Positions 40,760-53,943 of a stretch of DNA of 64,000 nucleotides are shown piece after piece; position 1 is the stretch's first letter, and each line of letters opens with the position of its first letter. A model generated the notes under the pieces. That model was not told where the DNA came from. It worked only from the letters and a program-made list of their open reading frames with translations, and searched no databases. A program made the position numbers and the translations under genes. The stretch comes from Eremomyces bilateralis CBS 781.70 (Eukaryota), in assembly GCA_010015585.1 (NCBI GenBank), contig ML975157.1, one strand, 5' to 3'.

Positions 40760-41263
40760 GGTGCTGGCGTTATTCCAATCCTTCTCCGGGAGCTTGTGTT
40801 GGATGGACAGGCCATTCTAACGACTGAGGAAGTACGAAACCTATCGGATTGAAAGGAGTTTGGTGGCTAGGGTTCATTAGACAATATTTCTACGGGCTTA
40901 ATATGGAAGGTATGAAATTGATATCTTTGAGCGAGCGACATCGAGCCCTGTTTTACGAAGAAACAGAGGGACAGATGGACAAATGAATCAAATTATGAAT
41001 TTAAGTTCCCTCATGAACTGACCTAAAAATATTCAGTAGTCTGCAAGTCCCTTCTTGGGATTTGAGTCTTACTTCTGCATGCTCAGATTGCAAATTGTAT
41101 CTTCATTCTCTAGACATTTGCTGGGGGAAAACCTAAATCGAGTAATTTCACCACCGGGAAACACAACTTCCACACCAACTCTATCAAACAATATAAACCG
41201 GATGGTTCCTCGAAACAAACGAATCAATCCATGGCGACTCCTAATTAATGCGACTTCTAAACC

Positions 41264-42013
41264 ATGCCGCCAACAACACATCCTCCCATCAATGGCCAAG
41301 CAATTTCTGATCACCTCGTCCGCCTAAATCTTCACCCCTCTCCATCATTTCTCCATTCATTCATCTCATCTCAGACGCGCAATCTTCCCATCAACGCTGT
41401 CTGCCACTCCGCTCGCTTCCGCATCCTAAACGCCGACATCCGCGAATGTCTCTCCCCTCCCCCCAATCAACTCCTCCCCCGTGATCTGACCCGGAGCAAT
41501 CCGCACGACCTGCCCGCACAGGAGCGCCACCTCGCTGGACCCTTCGTCCTCCAGATCGCCTGGGTCGAGGACATCGGCAAGAGCAAATGGAGTCAACTCA
41601 CCGAATGGGAGCAGGCGAAGCGCGATGAGGGGAGAGAAAAAGTCGTCGGGCTGGCCGATGCCGACAGCGATGATGCCGCCGAGGCGACGCATCCAGCGAA
41701 CGCGATAGGGCAAGGCCGCTCGCAGGCGCTGGCGCCAAAAGGCCCGTTTAAACTCCATTTGCACGATGCGCAGAATCCGCCAGCGCAAGTGCATGGCGTG
41801 ACTGTTGGTCCGATCGAGGGCATCAACGTCGATGTGCCGATGGGCGGAAAAATCCTCGTTAAGGATGTCGTCGTTGCGAGAGGGGTGATGCTTTTGGATT
41901 CGTCCAATACGACGCTGTTGGGAGGAAAGGTACACGCTCTAGCGACGAAGTATAAAGAAGGTAGGATAGACTACCTTCGCAGACATCTGGAGGGCGATGG
42001 TACCGTTGGCTAG
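41264..42013 (+). CDS. RMI1: RecQ-mediated genome instability protein 1 (OB-fold)
   Basis: ARFRILNADI, QERHLAGPFVLQIAWVEDIGKSKWSQL, GPFKLHLHDA, GGKILVKDVVVARGVMLL..LLGGKV. Confidence 0.87.
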   Translation: MPPTTHPPINGQAISDHLVRLNLHPSPSFLHSFISSQTRNLPINAVCHSARFRILNADIRECLSPPPNQLLPRDLTRSNPHDLPAQERHLAGPFVLQIAWVEDIGKSKWSQLTEWEQAKRDEGREKVVGLADADSDDAAEATHPANAIGQGRSQALAPKGPFKLHLHDAQNPPAQVHGVTVGPIEGINVDVPMGGKILVKDVVVARGVMLLDSSNTTLLGGKVHALATKYKEGRIDYLRRHLEGDGTVG

Positions 42014-42989
42014 GATTTCGAAGTGCATTCATCTCGTCGGCTTATGGTGGAGCAATGCAAGACTCCTACTCAACAGATACTGGGCTACAGGGACAGGCAA
42101 CTCAAATTATGATGAACTCACCATTAAGATCTGAGGTGGTTCGGTGAGAAAGGCATAAAGACGATAAGACAGTCTATTTACTCTGGTACCACTGGTTAGT
42201 GGTGGATTCCACGGTGAGGCATATTCGAGCGGTCTATACGGGCTTGATGAAGCATTTGAAATCACTCGCCTACGCTGTATCTCACCCATTGCTTATTGGA
42301 CGAATGTTACCGTTCTGAAAAGATGAAGAGGGACACAAAGGGCTTGAACGAGCGACAGCCGAATCCACTGCTTCTAGAGGATGAACAGAGATGGACGACA
42401 TCGGTAAATCATGATTTCTCTTATCACGGACCTGAGCACATGATAGCACTTCATACCGTGCCATTTATAACCATTGCTGATCCTATGAGATATAGCCGTA
42501 CCCAGTGGTGTTCCTCGAACAAATTCTTTTATTGCTCCTGTGTCGTATCCCAGTCGTGAAAACGTATCATCTTTCGTGGCGGGTGTGTCCTATCCCCCGA
42601 CTCGTTATCATACCCTATGCACACCGCGCAGTTCCCAGAATGCGTAAACCTGCATCTACAGCCCAGGCGGTCTTGTGACTGCTGCTGATATCCTGCGCCT
42701 TGCGTCCATGGTTGGAAGGTTTGACTACGTCCCCGGCAATGAACCAGCGTGTAAACGACCCTGTCTATGATCCGTCACACTCCTCTCACTCCGTTGCATT
42801 CCCTAGTACATGTTTGTCCACAAAAGCGAGGATGGGAAGCAGAGCAAGAACTAAAAGAAAAAGAAGAAGGAAAAGGAAAAGATGACTGCAGTGAGAAAAG
42901 TCCGGTTGAAAGAACCGCATCCGAAGGAAGAAGGTTTTCGGGCGCAGGTGGATTTTGTATTGCGGGAGAGACGAGAATTTCAGGGTCGA

Positions 42990-45900
42990 TTAAGTCTCCG
43001 CCTCGACACCATCGTCGCTGTCGCCAGACATGTCTGATACTCCCCAACACTCGGCGTTATCTGAGTTGCGTAAGCGCTTGCGGTCGCCAGTAGATTGCGG
43101 AGTGGTCACCCACCAGACTGTATCTCCTCATGCTCATCGCTATTCGGCCACTGCTCATAAATGCCTGTACAGTCTGTGACCCGTCCGGTTAGCAAACGAG
43201 CCCATACGTTACTGATCAACTGAGGAGGGAGCGCCTACTCATGCACCTCTCGACCAAGGCTTCATCATCCGCTCTGAATCTCTCAATCTCCGCAGCCAAC
43301 TCATGCCCGTCTTCTTCCATCGCAACCGCTGTCTGATGCACCAAGTGCAGCCAGTTCGCCATGCCGTTCATTACCTCCATGAGCTCCTGCATCCCCCGCT
43401 TCGAGAATACTTCGGACGAGATCACGTTCTCGGCTTTGTGCATCATGGTTTTGAGAAGCTCACGCGTCTTCCACATCCGCCGAAGGAACAGCGGATCGAC
43501 CACATTACCGCCGTCGGCCGGGCCGTCGACGATCTCGGGAACCGCGGCCGTTTCGTAGAGGAGCTCGGAGAGCAGCTGCACGGATTCTTCGCGGACGCCG
43601 ACATCGGGGTAGCTCAATAGACGGTATCCCCAGTTCGGGGTTAGTTCCAGGATTGTGTCGAGGATGATGTGCTCGCCATCGGGGATTGAGGCGGTGAGAT
43701 GTTCATTGGATACCTTGCGAAGTTCATTGAAGAAGCGAACGTGGAACTCGCCGCCCTGTCCGTCGAGGGACGCGGTGCTTCGTGCTGCTGCGCGGATGAT
43801 CTCGACGACGGGAACCGGCTCGCGGGCATACTGACAGAAGCGAAGTCCCGCCAATAGATATGGGGCAACGTATATGTGCGCAACCTGCTCAATGCCCTCA
43901 AAGATGGTCATGAAAAGAAGGTTGGTGATCCCAAGATGCGCTGGTGCGTCAAGGAGAAAGGGCACAAGCTCGCCAAGGAAGAACTCGTCACCCCTTGCCG
44001 TGTCCCATTTGTCCAACATGCGGTTGAAGAAGATCAGCGACTTCTCCTTCGGGTCCCACATCTGCAGTCGTTCAATATCATGACTCGTGGGAGGGAACAT
44101 GTGAGTGTTGGCGTCATACTCCTGGACTCGCTCGGTTTCCGTATCGACCGGGTCAGCGTCCAGGTCGATCTGCATCAAGACATGATAGAAAAGTTCGAAG
44201 AGTCGGTGTTGAGGAGGGCTCCGTCGCTCTATGCACCGAAGCAGCCGCTCGAGATCCTCCCTGATCCTGTAATCATGATGGGCAACGAGGATGTCGAAGC
44301 AATAGCTGAACACGCCAGTACGGAAGATGACGCTGATCTCGAAGATGCCGCGCTTCGATATGTCGCATAGCAACCCGAACGTATCTTCCCAAGCCCGTGC
44401 GTTCCAGAAAAGTCCGGGAAGAGAGGAGTGCAACGCTTGAACGACCATCGGCAATATACCATCGTCAGAGACCTCAGGTGTGGAGGTCCCCTCCGCAGGA
44501 AGCCCGTAGGAGACCGGATCCGACTCTCGGAGAGAATTAAGCAGGTCTATGATCAGTTGCCTGATCCCGAGACGGACCTTAGGGAGTGTAGAGCGAATCA
44601 GCAGATCCGTGAGAGCGTAGGTGCCGTTTCGGTCTTTCATGAAGGCGTTCAACGCCAGCGCATTGCACGTGGGGCAATCGCCGAGTGTATCTTTGAGCAG
44701 CGTAACCATGTCCTCGAATATGGGGGTTTCTTTAGTCCGACCAAACACTTGATGCAAATGGGAGACAACAAGCTCGATGACTTGCATATGCAGACCATGG
44801 CTGTTAGGATCCTCGTCGTGCGGTGCATCGCCACGGAGCCGGTCCAAGAGAAACTTGACGAACCCCGCATGGTTGGGATCGAACATGCAATATTCCCGTA
44901 ATATCAGCTCATTCTCGTGGGCCATTTGTTCTTCCAAATCCGGGGGTCCTGGGACGTGAGGGGGAATCTTCTCGCATCGACCGCTCCACTCTTCTTCATC
45001 CTTCTTGATGCTGGAGGCCCGTTGGTAGAAGAGCATATATGCATTATAGCCCTTGAGCATCGGCGTGTGGTATTCCGTCCCAAAGTGCGACTCTTTGACG
45101 TCCGATAGGCCACCGAAGCACTTTTCGCGAATTTCCGCCGGGTTGAAGACCGTGACATCCGAATCGTCGAATTGCAGCCACTCGGGTTCCACGTCCTGTG
45201 AGGTGTGCCGTGTGCGGATATAGGAAAAGTAGTGTCCATGCTCTGCGACACCTTTGTGCAGCAATACACCCACCAGTTCAAAGATATCTGGTTCGATTGG
45301 CTGACTGGGGTCATTCAAGTGTTCCACAGTGTATTTGGAAAGATCGATCGTCATCGGGAACTCGAACAGATCGTTGATCTTGCTCCGCTGCATCAGACCA
45401 AGATCAAAATCAAACCGCTTCAGATGGAAGATGACGTTGTCCGGGACTTCTTTGAGACACGAACGCTTGACCGCATCGACGAACTTTCCGCCACAGGATT
45501 CGCACTTGTACTTGTTCTCTCCTTCCATGACGTCGCCTTCGACGTATGCCTGCAGGCTCTCAAAGAGATTGGCTTTCCCTTTCACATCGCATTGGATGGC
45601 GATGAAGCTCTCCGATCGTTCCGAGATGTGCTCGCACTCTTTCGACTTAATCTGGTTCACCGTTTGCCCGCCGAAGAAGGACCGGAACTGTTGCTTGTCG
45701 TCCGCGGAAACCATTTGCCCCTCCCATTGATCGAACAGCAGGTTGAAGAACTCTTCTACGTCCATCTGGATGGCAATATCGATCTGTGCGTCATCGTACG
45801 TCCGGATGCACCTTGCCAACTCCCCCGCGTCGGCCGCCTTGATATAGCTGTTCTGCATTTTCAAAAATAGCTTCTGCGTCTCTTCTAGCAGATTCTGCGA

Positions 45901-48900
45901 TCCGTTCGTCTGCGAAATCGGGAGGCTCAGGACGAAGCGTCGGAATTGGAGGTTCATAAAGAGCTGCGTGAGAAGCGAGTTCATGTAGCATGTGTTGCCT
46001 AGATTCCGAATCCCAACATGGCCGGTCGATGATCGAAGGGTTCTTGATCGGTCGTAGAGGTAGTACCGACCTTCCTCGGAGAGCATAGCGCCTTCAGCAA
46101 GGTTGACTAGGCGCTGAAACTGGCTGCGTTCAAGGGCCAACGTGGTCACTAGTTGATAAAGGGCCATGCGCGTTGTGCTTTCGAGCACCGGATGATTGAT
46201 CTTGAGAGGTACACCGCCCTTAACAACTTCCAAGAACGCATGCGGCGGGAACAGGAAGCTTGAGAAGACATGCTCCATAAACTCGTCATCTCGGTATTGA
46301 TCCCCTGGCCGATTCAGGCATTGTATTCCGTATGTGATCAACGTAGCAAGTCCAAAGATCAGGATGTCGGGAAGGTCGCGCCCGACAATCTCTTCATGCG
46401 CATGGCTCATTAGGATCGTGCGCCAAGTCTCGATGTGGTTGGCAAGAGAGGCTTTATCGACAACATCAGCATGCCGCTGCATGACAATGGCGAAAAGGTC
46501 ACGGGCGAGACCGTAGAAATCCGTCGAGGTTTTGGGAGACTCCACCGTCCGTGGGATGATCGACAACGCCATCTTCCAGAACAACTGGGCGATTTCTCGG
46601 ATATCGACGCGCGATCCTGGCGAAGGTTGCTCGGAGACCATCTTGATCACTTTGGCGATGGCGGACCGCAGACCGGGGCGGTTATCCTGGACTAAGAGCA
46701 GGTAATGCATATCCTCAACGTCAGATGCCGATGTAAAAGCGTGCCAGATGTCCGCCGAGAACTTCACCGACTGGACGAGGAAATTGTAGAAATTGTACGC
46801 CGCCACATCCGCCATTTCCAATGGACTCGCGAGTACCGCCTTGAGTGCGCGGAGGATGTTCGAGGTGATTTTCTCGGGATTTTGGACTTTGATGCCCACG
46901 TCACCGTCCGGTTTATATTCGTGTGTTAACCGCAGACAAAGGCTGCTAACTTGACAGAGCTGCTCCACCTCTTCGCTGCCGGAGATGATGGCGGGATATT
47001 GTGGGAAATCGAGGATGAAACTGAGCAGTAGCTGGATGGCGTGAGTGACAAACGTCTGCTCCACGAGGCCCATGTTCCTCTGGCGATTCAGATGCGCTTC
47101 AAGGCACCAAAGTGAATACTGGACCTTGAAGGGCTTTCCATGTACGAAGACGTGACTGGGATCCGTATGGATCGTCTCTATGCAGGCGAGTTCGGTCGGC
47201 ACAAACTTCTTCAGAAACGAGTACGTCGCGCCTGCGATGGGGTCGTCGGCTTCCAGGAATCGATAGAACGACTTCAGCTGGCTACAGATTTCGGCCTCGA
47301 TCGCGGACGAATAGACGCCAATCGGCGCATTCGGCTCGATGATCGCCGGGGCATCCGCCGTTCTCCGGATAAGTAAAAGCCCCTTTCCAAAAATGCCCCA
47401 GTCCCTCAACGTCTGCGTCGGAAAGGCGCCAGGTTCAACTTTCTGGCCGGCGCAGATTAGCTGGAACGTCGAGAACCCGGTCAACTTCGCGAGACGCTGG
47501 ATGAAGTCTCGACGGGTTTCTAAGTCGCCTACTTGCGCAGTGCGGATCTCGGGAGGGTTCGCATCGTCTCCAAAAGCTTGGTAGCTGAATGTGACGGGGT
47601 CACCAACAATCTCGTCACTCACCCTGCCCACGCCAACTGCCGTGAGCGGAGCGGACGCGAACTCCTTGTTGGTCCGTACTTGATGGAGAAGGATTCCAAG
47701 AAACTGAATCGCGCGGGAGAAGGATTGGGTTGGTTCCTCCGATATAGGGATGTCGAATGGCATGGCCGTATGTTCGAACTCGGTCATGCTCCCGTCTCGT
47801 CCGCATGATTCCAACAGCAATGTGAGGCACCGGTTGACAACGGAGACGTGCATGGCCTCGATTTGTTGCTTCGGAACCGAACGCAACTGCAAAGGATTGA
47901 GATACAACTTCGCCAACAGACGCATAACATTCTCCGCGATTTCATGCTCACGTGCCAAAAGGACCATTCGCCAGAGGATACCTTCGCAAGGAACGGTGAG
48001 TATTCCGTTCTCAAGGAAATGAGGGCCCGGGGAGGCGCGGGTGGCGTAGTACGCCGCATGATGAACAAAATCGAACGCTCCAGTTGTGAAATGAACGGGT
48101 TGAAGCGCCTGCAAGAGGGTCTCTATGCATCGATCAATAAACGGATGAGTACTGGTCGACGTCCGAGCTACATCGGCCAACCTGGACCAAACTTGATCGC
48201 GGGCGTCGTCATTAACGGCGCCGGATCCGCAAAGTGTTTCCCAAAGATCGTTGTATTCTTCAAGCGGCAACGAATCGCAATCGTGGAGAAGGAGGGTGAG
48301 AAGGAGGTTGAGCGAATGCTTCATGATCTGGGATTGCATAGGTCCCAATTTGGATTCATTCGAGGTTTCGCGGACTTGATGCTGGAAGCGCTGCAGATCC
48401 TTCAAGACCAGTGATGAAAGACCTAGATCTCCGGTAAGGAACGTGTGGTCTGTCTTGAATAGACGGGCAACATGGGAAAGCGCTTGGATTTCGCCGGTTG
48501 CGCCATCGTTGCTGGTGTTGATTCGGGCTGCACAGTTCGTGTAAAGCTCACGACGAGCTTCTCTATCCGTCGCTCGACCCAGAAGGCAAATCAAACGCGA
48601 AGCTTCTTCATGGACTTCCCGATAGTTCTTGATGGGGCAGCTGGGTGCACTGGTGTCTTGTAGCAGGCGGACAAGCAGTCGAAAAGGCACCATCCTCGAC
48701 GTGTCTCGCATCCACTCCGGCTGTCGCTGTGGGAAAAACTGAGCCAGACTAGTCATGAACCCTAGGATTTCGTTTTGAAATGCATCCGATGGCAATTCAT
48801 CCAGTTTGCCGAATAGATAGAGTAAGTCTGATATCGGCATCAGCTGCATGCTGTGTGAGAGCATTTCGACCGTCGCTGCTGCTACCCGAGGGTCTTGACT

Positions 48901-50853
48901 TTTCGCCAGGGCTTGCCAGACAATGTCGGCCGTCTCGTTCGTGTACTTGTTCGTCACGACGAGGAACCCGAGTATATTGCTGCTTCGTTGGATGAGCTGA
49001 GGGTGTGAATCCACCCCAACTATATACTCGATGATTTTCTCATCGAGGAGAAGCTGTGCAACGAGCTGCATCAGTGCTCCCTGTGAACCAGGACCTTCGC
49101 CTTGCGTCTTGTAAAAGTCCACGAGTTCTTGACTCATGGTCTCGATACCGAACACGCGAGTGTCCATCTTCCCGCCGCAGATGTACTCCTTCAGGAACCG
49201 CACTTTCCAAAAATACATGGCCACGGTGCCCCGGTCATTCAGCTGGCATGCGCCAGGCACGCCGACAAAGTCATCAAACGTCTGACCGGCAATATCCTTG
49301 TTGAGAAATGTGGCAGTATGGAGAACCCTTCCAGGTACGAGGTAGAACAGTCGACGAAGGTCTGCTGACGTTGATGAAGGAAGTTTGTGAACGGATCCGA
49401 AGAGGTTGTTGTGTACCGCTCGGAAAAGAGCAATCGCTTGTGACGGATACGGACCGATCGCCGCGTCGACTGGAAACGAGCGTGGGCGGTACAGCTTGCT
49501 GGCAAGCCGATTAGTCTCTCCAGCAAGTCGCAGGATAAAGAGGACGTTGTGGCCATAAGTTGGGCAAGAGTAGATACGTGCCATGCACTCTTGGCACAGG
49601 TTTGCCAGGTACTTCATTCCGTCGGTGCCGTCCTCAAGGAAGCTGAATAGGGTTTTCTGGCAAATGCCGTCCACTGAGAGCCGATACTCACGATCCAGCA
49701 CATCTCGAAGCACCGGTTCTTCTTGGTCGTGTAAGAAATACCAAAGGGCTTTCAAATGACGGGGGCTGAACAACAGCGGCTTTTGGACACAGTTTAATGG
49801 AGTCTCTCGAATCAGGATCACATCGGTCTCTAGTAGCCGTGCGACGATTTTCACGTAGCTCCGCAGAAGTCGAGTGAGACCGGACTCCGCGTCGATGACG
49901 CTGATTCTGGTCCCGAAATGAACTCTGTGGTGACATTAGTGTTCACTCTTCGCCGCGCTTGATGCGTTGGCCTACCTGCGCGTAAATAGTTTGATAAAGA
50001 TGGTCGCGACCTGCTCCCAGAGATCCCTCTCATTGAGATACAACTCATCCCAGTCGGCGCCATGTTGAGACAGGATTGTCACCTGAGTCTCAAACCAATG
50101 GGCGAGTGAGCCGAAGAAATCGCCCATGATTTGATCGTCTAAAACACATCAGAACTGATGACGTGGGTGACGGTTGGGGGGATGAGAGCACTCACCACGA
50201 TCAATATGGGTGGCCATGGCTTTGGCAGCCTCCACACAGGAAGCAAAACGGTCAACGAAAGGAAACTGGTCGAGGATGTCGGCCGAGAGGGAACCTTCGT
50301 CCCCAGAGATCTGGATGAACTGGCCTTCGTTGAAGTTATCAATCATTTCTGGTTCGTCTGCCTCGATCTCCATCGGAGGACTCGGCTTGGGGGACAGAGG
50401 GGAATCATTTCTCGCGTCTTCCTTCTCTTTCTGAGAAACAGTCTCAATACCTACTTTCTCGCCGTTCACGGGTTCGGTGGCCTTGCCGTTGCTCGCGTGT
50501 TGCTCGGGCTGGTCGGACATATCCATGGGCGAGCCTTGTTGGGTGCGAACGGTCATGGTGACCTGATTTGCCAACGGCGGGGACATGGTGACTTCTTCAG
50601 ATGCTGGCTCGGGCACTCTCTTCTCTTCCGGTTGATGGGGTTGAATTTTCTCTCCTTGATCGTCCATGGCGATGGACACGGGGTCTGCGGACATGCTCCT
50701 TGCACGCTGACCCCCACTATCCAATCTGGGTCGCTTTCTGGTTAGTGATGAATTGGCATCTTCGTAGGAATCCCGTCGCGGTAACGAAGGCTCCGAGCTG
50801 GGAGCCGGAGGAACTGGAGGTATTTCAAAATCTGCCACGCTGGATCCGTCCAT
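42990..50853 (-). CDS. USP34: Large ubiquitin-specific protease, USP34/USP9X/USP24 family
   Basis: Main 2212-aa ORF with Cys box GIRNLGNTCYMNSLLTQLF, QMDVEEF, HLKRFDFD, His box LLHKGVAEHGHYFSY, WLQFDD, AYMLFY. 5' exon 50853-50196 and two small 3' exons ending at TAA 42990; middle 5' exon boundaries approximate. Confidence 0.92.
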
Positions 50854-52043
50854 AGTAGTAGGTAGGCCTCAAGTGAATGTGGGATGCTCCGACGTGCAAC
50901 GCGGGGCACGGCACGAGTGGGGAGGGAAATGGGTTGCAATCAAAGATTGAGAGCCATGGCGGGAAAAGGCGTAGGAAGTGAATGATGGAGTCGGATCAAT
51001 CCTGTCAAGAAAAAAAAGTGCATAGAATTATTGTGTTGTGTGTTTGGGGCGGTTGAAGTTGGAGAGCAGCGTGAGGTATGGGGTGGCTTGAGGCAGAGCG
51101 CAGACCGTGAATGGTGGTAGGCTGCAGCCTTTTTGGCCTTTTCTAAGCCCTTCTCAGCGACAAACACCAACAACCCACACGCACACAAGGTCAACCGCGG
51201 CCCCGAAACTACCAGAAGAAGACCAAATCGGGGAGAGAAAGAAAAGGCAGGATGGAAGAGGTCCAGGGGATGAAAGAGGAGAGACGAAGTTCGGCAAGGC
51301 GATGATGCTAGAGGGAGCTAACTAGCAGAGCTGCAGGATGGATGGAATAGTGGGAAGAATTGATAAATAGATTTTATTGGAACAACCTGAACCTGACATG
51401 GACGTTCAACTGAAAGCCATAGTCTTATTCATCATTCACAAATCACTTCGGGTCTTGGTTCAGATCTAGTGAATCAATCAACAGAATCAAGTGAAACTGG
51501 ACATGGTGGGTGCCTGAGGGCCTGGGCTTCGCTGCCTGACAACTGAACCCCTCCACCGTTACAAAAAAAGCCTCCCCCAAAACTCGGCTGAAAATGGTCC
51601 CTCCGCGTCTGGTCGCTCCAACTAGTTTTCCACGCGTCACTTTGTTGGGTCCGTGCGGGGGTCAATCTAGGCATCAGACGGCATCTGGCATCAATGCATC
51701 ATTGCATCAATATGTCAGATCACATGCAGGAGTCACGTGCACTGCAGGGACTGCGAACACAGAAAGGCTAATTAATCACCAGATTAGGCAACGAGGCGAC
51801 AGTACCCCTGTACAGATGGGCAGGACATGGAAGCTCGCTGGGATAGAGAGTTGGAGGCATTCACGCTCTTCAATCAGGATGATATACCTGCCTCCATATG
51901 CTCGATTCTGGTTGATGATCTGATAATATGATAGACACCGAGTTCACTGCCATCTATGATGTATAATCCTGCCAATCTTAGACTCTACTCTATCCAATTT
52001 CCGTCCCCAAACACCTGCCACCGACCATGACCCTCGATCACTA

Positions 52044-53669
52044 TCACTGAATGTACTTCTTCAGGCCCCGCAGCCGCTCATGCGCCCTCTCCAATATCTC
52101 GTCGTCTTTGCACACCGCAAACCGCAGCCAATCCTCCACTATGTGCGCGTTCTGCGGCGTAAAGAACTCCGTCGGCGGGATGGCGGCCACCCCCAGTTCC
52201 ACGATGAGGAACCAAGCCAGTTTGAAATCGCGCGGCCGGCTCGCCACATGCGGCGGGAACACGTAGTCTTCTGGAAGCTTCACTTTGGCCATGTTCACCA
52301 GCACTAATTGGGTGGGTTAGCGTATAGGCTCATGCAGTAGACAAGGGAGGTAGCAAACATACCGAAATACCCTCCTTCTGGGTCCGAGTAGGGCAACCCT
52401 AATTCGTCCCAGATGGCGTTGAAGCGGTCCATCTTCCCCTTCATCTCCTTCTTGGACTCCTCCCAGAAATTGTGCCCCTCGGCCTCCTCGAACCCGATGG
52501 CTGTGGCTTCCTGAAGGGGGCTGACGCTGCTGTAGCAGATGCGCGTGTGCGCCGCACTGACGTACTTGATCAGATGCTCCTGGCCGATCAACCAGCCCAC
52601 GCGCCAGCCGGTGGCGTAGAACAGCTTCCCGCCGGACCCCACTGTGAGCGTGAGCCTGTTGATTTCCGGGGAGAGGGTGGCGATCCGCGTGAACGGGACG
52701 TAGTAGAGCTTGTCGTAGACTTCGTCGGAGAGGATGATGATGTTGTGCTCCACGCAGAGGTTGCCAATCGCGAGCAGTTCGTCCCGGGAGAAGACTTTGC
52801 CGATGGGGTTGTGCGGGGTGTTGATCACGACCATCCGCGTTCGTGGAGTGATGGCTGCTTCGAACGCTTTTATGTCGACTGTCCAGTCTCCAGCGGAAGT
52901 GGTTTCAGATGCTCCCCGAGCCGGCGGGTGCATGGGAACGTAGACCACTTTCCCTCCAGGCATCTCGATGTTGCTGACATACCTGTATCGTGGATGAGAG
53001 ACCGAAATGCCACATCACAAGGGGAACTTACTGGTCAAAGAACGGTTCAAAGACAATCACCTCATCCCCGCTTTCCAAGAACCCCATAAAAGCGCTAAGC
53101 ATACCTAACGTCGTACCAGTTAGAGAAATTCATGATGGGAGTAAGATTCCTACCTTCATTTGCGCCAGTGGTGATGGTGACCTCCTTCTCAGGATCCAAC
53201 TCACGGCCAAAGAATGGCGAATACGCTTTCGCAATCGCCTTCTTTAACCTTGGACGCCCCTTTGACATCTCAATCAGCCGCGCTCACGACTGCTACGATG
53301 CAAGGCAATATACCTTCGTCGGAGAATACTGATTACACTCGACCTTATCCAGCGCCTCTTTGGCAGCATTGAGCACGAACTGCGGCGGGTTATACCCGAA
53401 AAACCCCTGTCCCATATTGACAATCGGCTGCACCGGCGACGCCGCCGCCGCTTCATTGATTATGGACCTGCATGATCAGCGTCGAGCCTCCAGGGGGATC
53501 GGTCGACTCACCAGACATCCTGAGGTTGGTTCGCGACGCGGGCAGCGGGTTTGAACGGGTCGGACCGCGGCATGGTGGTGAAGAAGCTGGAATATCGATA
53601 CGGTCGGATGTTGCTCGAGCGTGCTGGCTGTCGGAGAGGGTTGAAGGGACGGGTTGAGCGCAGTCGCAT
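52044..53669 (-). CDS. BNA3: Kynurenine aminotransferase (class I/II PLP-dependent), multi-exon
   Basis: VNMGQGFFGYNPP, TTGANEG, EPFFDQY, NTPHNPIGK, LSDEVY, GSGGKLFYATGWRVGW (PLP lysine), LRFAVCK. ATG 53573, plus an upstream in-frame ATG at 53669. Confidence 0.93.
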
Positions 53670-53936
53670 CGAATCAACTGGTGATGGTTCTGGGCTCTCC
53701 CGATATCGGGGTGGTTACGGATTACGACTGGGGTGTGGATTTGGTCAAGTGTGGATGGGGGAGCATGAACCGGAATTGATAAGCGAGGCAAAAGGTATGA
53801 AAAGATGAATGTCAAGCTCTGATAAATGAGTGGTGACGACTGCTGTACGACGGTGAGGTTCGGGTATAATTCTAAGTCTATAATTCAACCGAGATGATAA
53901 GATGACGTGCTGACGCCAAATCAGCGCAACAGATGA

Positions 53937-53943
53937 TGAGTCA
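53937..53943. promoter_or_regulatory. Perfect Gcn4/CpcA (AP-1) site upstream of BNA3
   Basis: ATGAGTCA about 270 bp upstream of the first ATG of an amino-acid metabolism gene. Confidence 0.5.
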
